This document shows positions 20,206-30,796 of a stretch of 39,225 bases of DNA, in pieces. The stretch is taken from the NCBI GenBank assembly GCA_040770465.1, contig JAXGJB010000026.1, positions 1 through 39,225 of the forward strand, in the 5' to 3' direction. The notes below the pieces were generated by a model. The model worked only from the letters and a program-made list of their open reading frames with translations, was not told the origin of the DNA and did no database searches. Source of the stretch: Methanothrix sp. (lineage in GTDB: Archaea > Halobacteriota > Methanosarcinia > Methanotrichales > Methanotrichaceae). How positions within the stretch are numbered: position 1 is the stretch's first letter; the number at the start of each line of letters is the position of its first letter. A program made the translations under genes and the position numbers.

Positions 20206-21003
20206 ATCAAGATTGCCATCTCTGGAAAAGGGGGCGTCGGGAAGACCACCCTCGCCGGAACCCTCGCCCGGCTCTTCGCCCGCGACGGGTACAACGTGAT
20301 CGCCATAGACGCAGACCCCGACATGAACCTCGCCTCGGCCCTGGGCGTCGACAAGAACCCCCGGCCCATCACCGACTACAAGGAGATGGTCCAGGAGAGG
20401 GCGAGCGCCGAGTTCGGGATGTTCAAGCTCAACCCCAAGGTCGACGACGTCATCGAGAAGTGCGGCTGCATCGGCCCCGACGGCGTGAAGCTCGCTGTCA
20501 TGGGGACGATCGACACCGGTGGAAGCGGCTGCATGTGCCCCGAGACCGCCTTCCTCCGGGCGCTCCTCCGGCACGTCATCCTCCGGGAGAAGGATCTTGT
20601 CATCCTGGACATGGAGGCGGGGATCGAGCACCTCGGCCGCGGGACGACGAGGGGCGTAGATGTCATGATCGCCGTCGTCGAGCCGGGGCTGCGGTCCGTC
20701 GAGACCCTGGAGCGGATCAAGAAGCTCGCGAGCGACCTCGGGATCGAGAAGGTGATGGCCGTCATCAGCAAGGCCCCCGAGGAGCAGGTGATCATCAAGG
20801 AGAAGCTGGCGGAGATGAACGTCCCGGTCCTGGGGACGATACCCTACGACAAGAACTTCATGGACGCGGATCTCGCGGGCAAGTCGCCCCTGGACGTCGG
20901 CGGGCCTGGGGTCGAGGCCATTAAGGAGATCAAGGTGAAGCTGGAGGAGCTCTTCGGTTCGATGGCGAAAGAGGCAGCGGAGAAGGGAGGGGAGACGGCT
21001 TAG
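20206..21003 (+). CDS. cooC: CO dehydrogenase/acetyl-CoA synthase nickel-insertion ATPase (CooC/AcsF); apparent ATC start codon
   Basis: (I)KIAISGKGGVGKTT, IDADPDMNL, GGSGCMCP, DMEAGIEHLGRGT. Confidence 0.9.
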   Translation: MKIAISGKGGVGKTTLAGTLARLFARDGYNVIAIDADPDMNLASALGVDKNPRPITDYKEMVQERASAEFGMFKLNPKVDDVIEKCGCIGPDGVKLAVMGTIDTGGSGCMCPETAFLRALLRHVILREKDLVILDMEAGIEHLGRGTTRGVDVMIAVVEPGLRSVETLERIKKLASDLGIEKVMAVISKAPEEQVIIKEKLAEMNVPVLGTIPYDKNFMDADLAGKSPLDVGGPGVEAIKEIKVKLEELFGSMAKEAAEKGGETA

Positions 21004-21027
21004 GCCGTCTCTGACATCCCCATTGTT

Positions 21028-21249
21028 CTAGTTGTCACATTTCGGTAGAAAATCTTTGGTCAGTTGGGGGATCTCTTCGCTCCGGGCCGCAAGGCTTTCG
21101 ACATAGGCCTCGATCGCCTCTTTTGCCATCTCGATCGCCTCGTCTATCGTCTCCCCGAAGGTGACGCATCCGGGAAGGGTGGGGACGATGGCACTATAGC
21201 ACCCTTCCGGCTCTTTTTTGAGCAAGACTCGATAGCTCAAAGACCTCAT
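21028..21249 (-). CDS. HicB-family antitoxin (no adjacent hicA)
   Basis: EPEGCYSAIVPTLPGCVTFGETIDEAIEMAKEAIEAY. Confidence 0.85.
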   Translation of the reverse strand: MRSLSYRVLLKKEPEGCYSAIVPTLPGCVTFGETIDEAIEMAKEAIEAYVESLAARSEEIPQLTKDFLPKCDN

Positions 21250-21437
21250 CGAAGGTAACATAGGCCAGTTTTAGTATAAATCGGCTCTGGGGGCGGGTGG
21301 CGCTGGGACCCTCTCACCACCGCGCCTTTCTCGAGCCTTCACCGAGCGCGGACCATGCCGGGACCCCCGGCCCGTGTTAACCCCCCCCAGCGGTTTGTTA
21401 CCCGCACCGAAATCCTTAAAATGACGAACTTCAATTC

Positions 21438-21454
21438 TCAAGTGAATCACTTGA
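21438..21454. promoter_or_regulatory. Perfect 8-1-8 inverted repeat, probable operator of the downstream ArsR-like regulator
   Basis: TCAAGTGA-A-TCACTTGA lies between a TATA-like CTTAAA (21415-21420) and ATG 21473. Confidence 0.65.
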
Positions 21455-21472
21455 ATGCTCAAGGCGTTTGTT

Positions 21473-21787
21473 ATGTGCCACAGCCCGAACCCTCAGATGA
21501 GACGGATCCAGAGATACATCCGTGCGCTCCATTGCCCTACGAGATGGGGCATCATCCAGTGCATCGGCACCGAGGAGAGGAGCACAAAAGAGATCTTTGA
21601 GCAGCTCGGGCTCGGCGATCAGATGTCCCTGGCAGGACTTTACTATCACCTCTCCGCCCTCAAGCAGGCCGGTATCGTCGAAGTTGCCTCTTATCGAGAG
21701 GTCAAAGGCGGCACCCCTGAGAAGGTGTGGAGGCTGAAGACGCGCAGAATCGTGATAGATCTTCTAGAGGAAACTGAGGTGAAATAG
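21473..21787 (+). CDS. ArsR-like winged-helix transcriptional regulator
   Basis: ALHCPTRW.II, LYYHLSALKQAGIVE, GG.PEKVWRL. Confidence 0.8.
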   Translation: MCHSPNPQMRRIQRYIRALHCPTRWGIIQCIGTEERSTKEIFEQLGLGDQMSLAGLYYHLSALKQAGIVEVASYREVKGGTPEKVWRLKTRRIVIDLLEETEVK

Positions 21788-22069
21788 ATGTGCTGCGGAG
21801 ATAAACGCGGTTTCGGTGATGGACCATCACATGCCGGCGGTCATCGTGCCGGCGCGGGTGAGAATTGCGGATGTCACGAGCCCGGCCACAATTCGGCGGC
21901 CGAGCATCACGGCTCGGGCCATTCTGGCGGGCGAGATGCCTGCTGTTGTGGACATTCCCTCCTGAGCCGGGAGGAGCGGATATCGATGCTGGAGAAGTAC
22001 AGGAACTCGCTGAAGAGCGAGCTGGAAGGAGTCGAAGAAGAGCTGAAGAGGCTGAACGAGCCGAAATAG
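21788..22069 (+). CDS. Small Cys/His-rich protein with C-terminal coiled coil (DUF5320-like)
   Basis: MCCG..CGCH..HH..CCCGH, then REERISMLEKYRNSLKSELEGVEEEL. Confidence 0.7.
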   Translation: MCCGDKRGFGDGPSHAGGHRAGAGENCGCHEPGHNSAAEHHGSGHSGGRDACCCGHSLLSREERISMLEKYRNSLKSELEGVEEELKRLNEPK

Positions 22070-22181
22070 CCGGAAGAGCTGACCGGGGATTGATAGATCG
22101 AGCACAATCTTGTGGCCGGTCGATTTCAGCTCAAGCCTCTTGGAAAGGCATGAGCGTTTTGCGGAGAGTTCGGAGTGGGAC

Positions 22182-23144
22182 ATGAACGCCATTGAGGTTC
22201 GTGGGTTGACCAAGCGTTTCGGCAGCTTCACAGCCGTCGATGCCATCAGCTTCGATGTTGAAGAGGGCGAGTTGTTCGGCCTTCTGGGCCCCAACGGCTC
22301 GGGCAAAACCACCACCATCAGGATGCTCGTCGGCCTATCCCGCCCAACGGAAGGCGGGGCCAAAATCCTCGGCTTCGACCTATCGTCCGGCATCACCGAG
22401 GCGAAGAGGGGAATGGGCGTGGTCCCCGACAGCTCCAACCTCTACGACGAGCTCTCCGCTCGGGAGAACCTCCTCTTTACGGCCAGGCTCTACGGAGTTG
22501 CTAAGGATGTCCGGGAGGAGAGGGCAGACGAGCTTCTCAAGGCCTTCGGCCTCTTCGAGCGAAGAGACGACCGGTTCGGGACCTTCTCCCGAGGGATGAA
22601 GCGCGCCCTGACGATCGCCGCGGCTCTGGTCCACGATCCCAAGGTTCTATTCTTGGACGAGCCGACGGTGGGGCTGGACGTGGTGGCGGCCCGCTCCCTT
22701 CGAAACCTCATCTCCGATCTCCACCACAGAGGTCTGACGATAATCCTGACGACTCATTATCTGGAGGAGGCAGACCTCCTCTGCGATCGGATAGCCGTCA
22801 TGGTGAAGGGCAAAATCGTCAGGATCGATACGCCTCAGGGGCTGAAGAGGCATGTCGAGGAGCGGTCCGTCATCGAGGTCTCCTTCGGACAGGAGGCATC
22901 CGGCCATGTGGGGGATCTATCGGCGCGGCTTCCGGGGGCCGAAGTCGTCTTCCTGGACGGGATGCGGGCGAAGATCTTCGGCGGCGATCCGTCTTTTGTC
23001 CTGGAGGAGATATTCGAGTTCTCTGTGGATCACGATCTTGGGCTATCGGCGATAAACAGCATAAAGCCGAGCCTTGAGGACGCCTTCGTCAGGATAACCG
23101 GCCTGAGCCCGACGGCGATGGCGAGGGAGAAGGGGGGCAGGTGA
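22182..23144 (+). CDS. ABC-2 type exporter ATP-binding protein (DrrA-like)
   Basis: GPNGSGKTT, FSRGMKR, LFLDEPTVGLD, TTHYLEEA, PSLEDAFV. Confidence 0.93.
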   Translation: MNAIEVRGLTKRFGSFTAVDAISFDVEEGELFGLLGPNGSGKTTTIRMLVGLSRPTEGGAKILGFDLSSGITEAKRGMGVVPDSSNLYDELSARENLLFTARLYGVAKDVREERADELLKAFGLFERRDDRFGTFSRGMKRALTIAAALVHDPKVLFLDEPTVGLDVVAARSLRNLISDLHHRGLTIILTTHYLEEADLLCDRIAVMVKGKIVRIDTPQGLKRHVEERSVIEVSFGQEASGHVGDLSARLPGAEVVFLDGMRAKIFGGDPSFVLEEIFEFSVDHDLGLSAINSIKPSLEDAFVRITGLSPTAMAREKGGR

Positions 23145-23872
23145 GGATGTGGCGAGACGATCTGCGGTGCATACGCCTCATCGCCGCAAAGGACATGAGA
23201 ACCTACTACCTCAAGCCTCCGGCCATCAGCTGGGGAATGGTCTTTCCCGTGGCCTGGACCCTGGCATTTTACCTGAGAAACCCCAGCAATTTTGACGATC
23301 TCATCCCAGGCCTGATCGCCATGACGATCCTCTTCAGCACGACGGCGGCCGAGGCGGTGGTCATAAACTTCGAGCTGAGGATCGGCTCTCTTGAGAGGCT
23401 GCTGTTGGCGCCGGTGAGCACCAACTCCGTCCTCCTGGGAAAGGTCATGGGCGGCTTCTTCTTCGGCCTGTTGATGGCCTCGATGGTGACGCTGGCGACT
23501 GCCCTGAGCCTGAACCTTCGTCCCGACCTCAGCGCTCTGATCCCGATGGTTCTGATATCCCTTCTGGTCTTCTCCTCGATGGGGGCCCTCTCCAGCGTCC
23601 TCTTCAAGGAGGTCTTCGAGGCCCAGACCTTCCTAAACCTGCCGAGATTCTTGATGGTCTTCCTCTGCGGCGTCGTCTATCCGATATCGGCCATGCCGTC
23701 GTGGCTTCAGACCATAAGCCGGCTTCTCCCCCTCACCTACACCGTGGAGGGGCTGCGAGCCGCCTTTTCTGCCGCACCATCCTCCCCGTTTCGGGACTTT
23801 CTCGTACTGACCGGATTTCTGATGCTCTTCATTTTTCCGGCGATGAGGATGCTTCGAAAGAGGTTCGAGTGA
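23141..23872 (+). CDS. ABC-2 type exporter permease
   Basis: Multiple TM helices; GSLERLLLAP, LLGK, P..AMPSWLQ...LPLTY. Confidence 0.9.
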   Translation: MRMWRDDLRCIRLIAAKDMRTYYLKPPAISWGMVFPVAWTLAFYLRNPSNFDDLIPGLIAMTILFSTTAAEAVVINFELRIGSLERLLLAPVSTNSVLLGKVMGGFFFGLLMASMVTLATALSLNLRPDLSALIPMVLISLLVFSSMGALSSVLFKEVFEAQTFLNLPRFLMVFLCGVVYPISAMPSWLQTISRLLPLTYTVEGLRAAFSAAPSSPFRDFLVLTGFLMLFIFPAMRMLRKRFE

Positions 23873-23957
23873 GATATCGAGGGATGTTTAATGGCGGGGC
23901 TTCTCGGCGAATCCCCACCAGACAAGCCCCTCGAATCGCTTTCTGCCCCACTTCCGC

Positions 23958-24950
23958 TTACTTCAGCTCCATATCCCCGAGCCGGAGCCCCGATTCGGTG
24001 ATCTCGCCGACGAGCTTGCCGTCGGTCATGTCGAGGACCGCGTCCACGTCGTCCTCGGGGAGGACGAAGACCCAGCCCATCCCCATGTTGAAGGTCCGGT
24101 ACATCTCGTCCTCGGCGACACCACCCTCCTCCTGGAGGAAGCGGAATATCGGCTGGGGCTCGATGGGATCGTCGATCTCAAAGCCGAAGCCGCTGATCCG
24201 GTGAAGCTTCAACAGGCCGCTTCCGGTGATGTGGGCCATCCCATGAACATCGGCCTTCTGGATCACTTCGAGCGCCTCCATGTAGATCCGGGTCGGCTCC
24301 AGAAGCTCCTCGCCGATCGTCCTCTTCGAGTAGGGCATCCGGTCGAAGTAAGTGTAGTCCGACTCCGCGACGATCTTTCTTGCGAGAGAGAAACCGTTGC
24401 TGTGAAGGCCACTGCTTGGAAGCCCCACGATCATGTCGCCTTTTTGTATCTTCTCTCCGGTGATGATGTCCCTTTTTCTGATCATACCGATGGCTGTTCC
24501 CGCGAGGTCGAATCCCCGGATGATCTCGGGCAGGGACGCGGTCTCGCCTCCGACGATGCTGATGTTCGAGATCTCGGCCCCCCGCTCCAGGCCGACGGCG
24601 ATCTGAGCGGTCATCTCCGGGTCAACCTTCTCGAGGGCGAGGTAGTCGACGAAGGCGAGGGGCTCGGCGCCGATGGCGAGGAGGTCGTTGACGTTCATCG
24701 CCATGCAGTCGATCCCCACGGTATCCCACTTCTTCATGACGCTGGCGATCAGGACCTTGCTTCCGACGCCGTCGGTGGTCATTGCGATGGCGTACTCGCC
24801 CATGTCGATGAGCCCGGCGTAGTGGCCGATATCGGTGATGGGGGCGCCGATACCCTTCCTTCTCCCGGTCATTACGTTCTTCATGGCGGAGATCGCCTTC
24901 TCCTCCGCCCTGATGTCGACCCCTGAGTCGGCGTAGGTCATCTTCTTCAT
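23958..24950 (-). CDS. purM: Phosphoribosylformylglycinamidine cyclo-ligase (AIR synthetase)
   Basis: TYADSGVD, TDGVGSK, GGETA, SSGLHSNG, HITGSG, TFNMG. Confidence 0.96.
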   Translation of the reverse strand: MKKMTYADSGVDIRAEEKAISAMKNVMTGRRKGIGAPITDIGHYAGLIDMGEYAIAMTTDGVGSKVLIASVMKKWDTVGIDCMAMNVNDLLAIGAEPLAFVDYLALEKVDPEMTAQIAVGLERGAEISNISIVGGETASLPEIIRGFDLAGTAIGMIRKRDIITGEKIQKGDMIVGLPSSGLHSNGFSLARKIVAESDYTYFDRMPYSKRTIGEELLEPTRIYMEALEVIQKADVHGMAHITGSGLLKLHRISGFGFEIDDPIEPQPIFRFLQEEGGVAEDEMYRTFNMGMGWVFVLPEDDVDAVLDMTDGKLVGEITESGLRLGDMELK

Positions 24951-25030
24951 CTCTTCACCTCTCCTCTTTTCGACCCTTCTCTCTTCGTATCTTCACTCAT
25001 CGCCTTTTTCCTCTCCGGCATCTTCGCCTT

Positions 25031-26431
25031 TTACCTCTTAGCCTCTCCCTCAAGCCCGAACTCCCGGTGTAGCTCCTGGACCGCCTTCTCGGCCTCGGCG
25101 ATGCTGACGACGAAGGAGATGTTGTGCTCGCTCGACCCCTGGCTGATCATCAGGACGTTGATCCTCGACCTCCCCATGGCGCCGAAGACCCTGCCGGCGA
25201 CCCCGGGGGTCCCGACCATCCCGGCGCCGACGACGGCGATCACCGCCACGTCGTTGTTGTGGGAGACCTCCCGGACGATCGTCGTCGGAAACTCGGCCCG
25301 GAGGGCGATCTCGGCGGCCTCGACCTGGGGCTCGTCGACGACGACGGATATGTTCGCCTCGCTTGACCCCTGGCTGATCATCACTATGTTCACCCCGGCG
25401 TTGGCAAGAGCAGTGAAGGCCCGCGCGGCGATGCCCGGTGTCCCGATCATCCCGGCGCCGGATATCGTCAGGAGGGCGACGTTCTTGGAGAGAGTGACGG
25501 CCTTGATCACGTCTTCTTTGGCCATCCCCTCTTTGACGATCAGGGTGCCGGGGTCCTCCGGGTCGAAGGTGCACTTCACCCGGACGGGGATCCCGTTTCG
25601 TATGGCAGGCTCGATCGCCCGAGGGTGGAGGACCTTGGCACCGAAGTAGGACATCTCCATAGCCTCCCGGTAGGATATGACGGGGATGTTCTTCGCCTCG
25701 GAGACGATCCGCGGGTCGGTGGTGAGAACGCCGGTGGTGTCCTTCCAGAACCATATCTCGTCCGCCCCGATGGCAGCCCCGATCAGCGACGCCGAGAAGT
25801 CCGATCCGCCGCGGCCCAGGGTGGTGATGTTCCCCCTCTCATCCTCGGCGATGAACCCCGTCACCACCGGGACCCCCTCGATGGGGGTGAGCCTCTGAGC
25901 GAGGAGGTCGTAGGTCTTCTCCAGGGGCTTAGCGTTCCCGTAATCGCTGGTGGTTATGATCCCCGCCTCCCCGCCGGAGTAGTGCCGTGACTTGAGACCA
26001 AGGTCCCTCAGGACCCCGGAGAGGATCGGGGCCGCCAGCCTCTCACCGAAGCTTGAGATCCTGTCGATGGACATCGGCGACAGCTCCCCCAGGTAGCAGA
26101 TGCCGATGTACGCCTTCTCCAGCTCGCCGAGCCTCTGGATGATGGTATCCTTCAGCTCCTTCGCGATATCGGGGTCCTTGACCGCGTCCATCAGTGCCTG
26201 GATGTGCCTTTTGCTCAGCCTGTCCACGAAGGTCACTATATCCTCGACCTTGCCGCCGTTGGCCGAGGCTCTGGCGCACTGTAGGAGGTCGTCGGTGACT
26301 CCTCCCAGGGCAGAGGTGACGACGACGATCTCATTATCTTCGCTCAGGCTCTTAACCAGCTCTCCTACGTTTCGGAGCTTCGCCCCGTCGGCCACCGAGG
26401 ATCCGCCAAACTTCATTACCAAGCGTGCCAT
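25031..26431 (-). CDS. lysC: Aspartate kinase with two ACT domains
   Basis: VMKFGGSSV, TTLGRGGSDFSA, GAKVLHP and two MISQGSSE ACT repeats. Confidence 0.95.
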   Translation of the reverse strand: MARLVMKFGGSSVADGAKLRNVGELVKSLSEDNEIVVVTSALGGVTDDLLQCARASANGGKVEDIVTFVDRLSKRHIQALMDAVKDPDIAKELKDTIIQRLGELEKAYIGICYLGELSPMSIDRISSFGERLAAPILSGVLRDLGLKSRHYSGGEAGIITTSDYGNAKPLEKTYDLLAQRLTPIEGVPVVTGFIAEDERGNITTLGRGGSDFSASLIGAAIGADEIWFWKDTTGVLTTDPRIVSEAKNIPVISYREAMEMSYFGAKVLHPRAIEPAIRNGIPVRVKCTFDPEDPGTLIVKEGMAKEDVIKAVTLSKNVALLTISGAGMIGTPGIAARAFTALANAGVNIVMISQGSSEANISVVVDEPQVEAAEIALRAEFPTTIVREVSHNNDVAVIAVVGAGMVGTPGVAGRVFGAMGRSRINVLMISQGSSEHNISFVVSIAEAEKAVQELHREFGLEGEAKR

Positions 26432-26824
26432 CTTGAAAACCCTGTGATCGTCCCATCTCATCGATATAAGCTTTACTCAAAATTTTATAATAGGAATTAT
26501 ATACTCAGACGTGCGGTCGGCCCCGGAAAAAACGCTCCTTATGATGTAACTCCAAAAGGGGGTGGGACTGCGGGTGCATCGTTCTCTGCGCCTTCGAAAC
26601 TTCGATCCTCCTGAGATCCCCGCTCCGATGGTCGCTATTTTCTACCTGCAGGATTTTGATATTCCTCAAAAGCCGCCGTGATACGCAAAAATCGATTGTG
26701 GCGACCTCACGAGAGCCCACCATCGAGGGCCGAAGGCTTATATAGGTGTACGAAAATGGAACCGAGACTCCAAGATTCAGAAGCTTAGATTCAGAGCTTT
26801 ATCTCAAATTTCGCGAGGCTTGAT

Positions 26825-29020
26825 ATGGGTAAGAGGAAGAAGATGGCTGAGCGCGTAACCGCGCTGATGGACAAGCCAGAGAAGATCAGAAATATCGGTA
26901 TTGTTGCGCATATTGATCACGGCAAGACGACATTATCTGACAATCTGCTTGCAGGAGCCGGCATGATATCCATGGAGCTGGCGGGCAGGCAGCTATTTAT
27001 GGACTTCGACGAGCTGGAGCAGGCCCGGGGGATCACCATAGACTCCGCCAACGTCTCCATGGTCCACGAGTACAAGGGCGATGAGTACCTCATCAACATG
27101 ATCGACACCCCTGGCCACGTCGACTTCGGCGGTGACGTCACGAGAGCGATGCGGGCCGTGGACGGCGCCGTAGTCGTCGTGGACGCCGTGGAGGGCGCCA
27201 TGCCCCAGACCGAGACGGTTCTCCGGCAGGCCCTCAAAGAGAACGTTCATCCAGTCCTTTTCGTCAACAAGGTCGACCGGCTCTTGAACGAGCTGAAGGT
27301 GGACAAGCAGGAGATGCAGATCCGGCTTGGAAAGCTGATCGACAACATAAACAAGCTCATCCGGGGAATGAACGAGGAGAAGTACAAGGCTGGCTGGAGG
27401 GTAGACGCCGCCGAAGGGAGCGTCGCCTTCGGGTCCGCCCTCTACAACTGGGCGATCAGCGTCCCCCAGATGAAGAGCACCGGGATCGGCTTCGGCGAGG
27501 TCTACGACTACTGCCAGGTTGGAGACATGAAGACTCTGGCCCAGAAGTGTCCACTGTACTTAGCCGTAAACGACATGGTCATCCGCTTCCTCCCAAGCCC
27601 CCTCAAGGCCCAGAAGGAGCGTGTCGCAGTCATCTGGCACGGCGACAAGAGCAGCAAGCTCTACAAGTCGATGGAGGCCTGCGATCCCAAGGGCCCCGTC
27701 GCCTTCATGGTCACCGACATCTCCGTCGACCCCCACGCGGGCGAGGTCGCCACCGGCAGGCTCTTCTCCGGAACCCTGGAGAGGGGGATGGAGCTTGCCA
27801 TCTCCGGCGTTGCAAAGCCCAACCGCGTCCAGCAGACGGGGATATTCATGGGCGCCGACAGGATCGAGGTGGAGAAGATCCCCTCCGGGAACATCGCGGC
27901 CGTGACCGGCCTGCGGGATGCCTTCGTCGGGTCCACCGTATCCTCGGACAGGGACGCTACACCCTTCGAGGACATAAAGCACGTCAGCGAGCCCGTGGTC
28001 ACCGTGGCGGTCGAGGCGAAGAACACCCGGGACCTCCCCAAGCTGGTTGAGGTTCTGAGGCAGGTCGCGAAGGAAGACCCGACCCTCAACATCACAATCA
28101 ACGAGGAGACCGGCGAGCACCTGATGGCCGGGATGGGCGAGCTCCACCTGGAGATCGTCGCCTATCGGATCCAGAGGGACAAGGGCGTCGAGATAACCAC
28201 ATCGCCTCCCATCGTCGTCTACCGCGAGTCGATAACAGGAAAGACCGACGGAACCGTCGAGGGTAAATCCCCCAACCACCACAACCGCTTCTACATCGAG
28301 ATCGAGCCTCTGGAGCAAGAGGTGGTGGACGCGATCAAGTCCGGCGAGGTCTCCATGAAGATGGAGGAGCTGGAGAGAAGGAACATCCTCATCGATAAGG
28401 GGATGGACAAGGAGGAGGCTCGAAACATCTCCGGCATCTTCGAGTCCAACATCTTCATCAACATGACCAAGGGCGTCCAGTACCTGAGAGAGACGATGGA
28501 GCTGATGCTGGAGGGGTTCGTCGAGGCGACGAAGAACGGCCCCATCTGCAGAGAGCCGGTCCAGGGCGTAAAGGCGAAGCTGATCGATATCAAACTCCAC
28601 GAGGACGCCATCCACCGAGGTCCCGCCCAGGTAATCCCCGCCGTAAGGCAGGCGGTCCAGGCCGGCATCCTCATGGCAACCCCCACCCTCCTGGAGCCCT
28701 TCCAGAACGTCTTTATACAGGTTCCACAGGAGCAGATGGGCGGCGCCATGTCAGAGATCCAGGGCCGAAGAGGCATGATCCTGAGCATGGAGACCGAGGG
28801 CGACATGATCATAATCAAGGCGAAGGCACCGGTCTCTGAGCTATTCGGGTTTGCGGGAGCGATCCGAGGAGCCACCGAGGGCAGGTCTCTCTGGAGCACC
28901 GAGTTCGCCGGGTTTGAGCCGATCCCACCAGCGGCGATGGTGGAGACCGTCCGCCAGATCCGGGGGCGCAAGGGATTAAAGACCGAGATGCCTAAGCCCA
29001 GCGATTACCTGAAGGTCTGA
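26825..29020 (+). CDS. fusA: Elongation factor aEF-2
   Basis: [26 protein letters not shown] and the diphthamide loop [12 protein letters not shown]. Confidence 0.98.
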   Translation: MGKRKKMAERVTALMDKPEKIRNIGIVAHIDHGKTTLSDNLLAGAGMISMELAGRQLFMDFDELEQARGITIDSANVSMVHEYKGDEYLINMIDTPGHVDFGGDVTRAMRAVDGAVVVVDAVEGAMPQTETVLRQALKENVHPVLFVNKVDRLLNELKVDKQEMQIRLGKLIDNINKLIRGMNEEKYKAGWRVDAAEGSVAFGSALYNWAISVPQMKSTGIGFGEVYDYCQVGDMKTLAQKCPLYLAVNDMVIRFLPSPLKAQKERVAVIWHGDKSSKLYKSMEACDPKGPVAFMVTDISVDPHAGEVATGRLFSGTLERGMELAISGVAKPNRVQQTGIFMGADRIEVEKIPSGNIAAVTGLRDAFVGSTVSSDRDATPFEDIKHVSEPVVTVAVEAKNTRDLPKLVEVLRQVAKEDPTLNITINEETGEHLMAGMGELHLEIVAYRIQRDKGVEITTSPPIVVYRESITGKTDGTVEGKSPNHHNRFYIEIEPLEQEVVDAIKSGEVSMKMEELERRNILIDKGMDKEEARNISGIFESNIFINMTKGVQYLRETMELMLEGFVEATKNGPICREPVQGVKAKLIDIKLHEDAIHRGPAQVIPAVRQAVQAGILMATPTLLEPFQNVFIQVPQEQMGGAMSEIQGRRGMILSMETEGDMIIIKAKAPVSELFGFAGAIRGATEGRSLWSTEFAGFEPIPPAAMVETVRQIRGRKGLKTEMPKPSDYLKV

Positions 29021-29091
29021 GGCCTTCTCTGAAAACATTTAAACGGAATAGACGTAAATACGGAGTTGAAAGTTAACCGGAGGAGATAAAG

Positions 29092-30360
29092 ATGGCATCA
29101 ACGAAGCCACACATGAACCTGGCGTTCATCGGACACGTCGACCACGGGAAGTCCACTCTCGTCGGTAGACTGATGTTCGAGACCGGCGCGGTTTCTCCAC
29201 ATATCATCGAGCAGTACAAGAAAGAGGCCGAGTCCAAGGGCAAGGGCAGCTTCGAGTTCGCCTGGGTCATGGACAGCCTCAAAGAGGAGCGAGAGAGGGG
29301 CGTCACCATCGACATCGCCCATCAGAGATTCGACACCGACAAGTTCTACTTCACCATCGTCGACTGTCCCGGCCACAGAGACTTCATCAAGAACATGATC
29401 ACCGGCGCAAGCCAGGCCGATTCCGCAGTTCTGGTGGTCGCGGCCCCCGATGGCGTCATGGCCCAGACGAGAGAGCACGTCTTCCTTGCGAGAACCCTCG
29501 GCATCAACCAGCTGATCATCGCGGTGAACAAGATGGACGCCGCCAAGTACAGCGAGGAGAGGTACAAGGAGGTCAAGGAAGAGGTCGGAAAGCTTCTCCA
29601 GATGGTCGGATACAAGGTAGCAGATATTCCCTTCATACCCCTCTCCGCCTTCGTCGGCGACAACATCGTCAAGCTCGGCGACAACCTCAAGTGGTACAAC
29701 GGACCCACCCTCCTGGAGGCGCTCAACAACCTCAAGGAGCCCGAGAAGCCCACCAACCTGCCTCTGAGACTGCCCGTCCAGGACGTCTACACCATCTCCG
29801 GCGTCGGAACCGTCCCCGTGGGCAGGGTCGAGACTGGGATCATCAAGAAGGGCGACAAGATCATCTTCGAGCCCGCCGACGTCACCGGCGAGGTCAAGAC
29901 GATCGAGATGCACCACGAAGAGGCCGATCAGGCTCTGCCTGGAGACAACATCGGCTGGAACGTGAGGGGCGTTGGAAAGAAGGACATCAGGAGAGGAGAC
30001 GTCTGCGGACATGTCGACTCGCCGCCGACGGTGGCCAAGGAGTTCACCGCCCAGATAGTGGTCCTTCAGCACCCGAGCGCCATCTCCGCGGGTTACACCC
30101 CCGTCTTCCACTGCCACACCTCCCAGATCGCCTGTACCTTGACCGAGATCAAGGCCAAGCTCGACCCCAGGACCGGTGCGGTTAAGGAGCAGAACCCCGC
30201 CTTCATCAAGGCCGGCGATGCCGCCATAGTCACCGTCATGCCAACAAAGCCGATGGTGATCGAGAAGGTCAAGGAGATCCCCCAGCTCGGGCGGTTCGCC
30301 ATCAGAGATATGGGCCAGACGATAGCAGCGGGCATGTGCATGAACGTCACCCCCCGCTAA
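29092..30360 (+). CDS. tuf: Elongation factor aEF-1 alpha
   Basis: [40 protein letters not shown]. Confidence 0.98.
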   Translation: MASTKPHMNLAFIGHVDHGKSTLVGRLMFETGAVSPHIIEQYKKEAESKGKGSFEFAWVMDSLKEERERGVTIDIAHQRFDTDKFYFTIVDCPGHRDFIKNMITGASQADSAVLVVAAPDGVMAQTREHVFLARTLGINQLIIAVNKMDAAKYSEERYKEVKEEVGKLLQMVGYKVADIPFIPLSAFVGDNIVKLGDNLKWYNGPTLLEALNNLKEPEKPTNLPLRLPVQDVYTISGVGTVPVGRVETGIIKKGDKIIFEPADVTGEVKTIEMHHEEADQALPGDNIGWNVRGVGKKDIRRGDVCGHVDSPPTVAKEFTAQIVVLQHPSAISAGYTPVFHCHTSQIACTLTEIKAKLDPRTGAVKEQNPAFIKAGDAAIVTVMPTKPMVIEKVKEIPQLGRFAIRDMGQTIAAGMCMNVTPR

Positions 30361-30385
30361 CTCAAATTTTTCTGGTGTTTGAGTT

Positions 30386-30694
30386 ATGCAGAAGGCAAGA
30401 ATACGGTTATCTGGGACCGACCCCCGCTCCCTGGACGATATCTGCAGCCAGGTGAGGGGGATCGCCCAGAGGACGGGCGTGCACATGGCAGGACCGATCC
30501 CCCTACCGACGAAGAGGATGGTAGTTCCTACGAGAAAGAGCCCCGATGGGGAAGGGACAGCCACCTGGGACCACTGGGAGATGCGGGTCCACAAGCGTAT
30601 GATCGACCTGGACGCCGACGAGCGGGCTCTCCGCCAGCTGATGCGGATACAGGTTCCCAAGAACGTCAACATCGAGATAGTGCTGGAATCCTAG
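30386..30694 (+). CDS. rpsJ: 30S ribosomal protein S10 (uS10)
   Basis: [27 protein letters not shown]. Confidence 0.97.
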   Translation: MQKARIRLSGTDPRSLDDICSQVRGIAQRTGVHMAGPIPLPTKRMVVPTRKSPDGEGTATWDHWEMRVHKRMIDLDADERALRQLMRIQVPKNVNIEIVLES

Positions 30695-30696
30695 CT

Positions 30697-30770
30697 GGAC
30701 TCGTAGTATAGTCTGGATAACACGGAGGCCTCCGGAGCCTCAGTCCCGGGTTCGAATCCCGGCGAGTCCG
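30697..30770 (+). tRNA. tRNA-Arg(CCG), intron-less, CCA not encoded
   Basis: Acceptor stem GGACTCG/CGAGTCC; anticodon arm GAGGC-CTCCGGA-GCCTC; T arm CCGGG-TTCGAAT-CCCGG. Confidence 0.95.
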
Positions 30771-30779
30771 CTAAGACCC

Positions 30780-30796
30780 TTTTTTGTTTTGTTTTT
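30780..30796 (+). terminator. Oligo-T archaeal terminator after fusA-tuf-rpsJ-tRNA
   Basis: TTTTTTGTTTTGTTTTT, ~10 nt after the tRNA. Confidence 0.6.

Noticed and set aside
26505-26723. Possible sRNA or small ORF between aspartate kinase and fusA
   Set aside because: No complete C/D box set, convincing structure or protein motif could be identified by eye.
29098-30672. 524-aa antisense ORF over tuf/rpsJ, and similar long antisense ORFs over fusA, gatB, nrdJ and paaK
   Set aside because: Shadow ORFs expected from high-GC3 codon bias opposite highly conserved genes.
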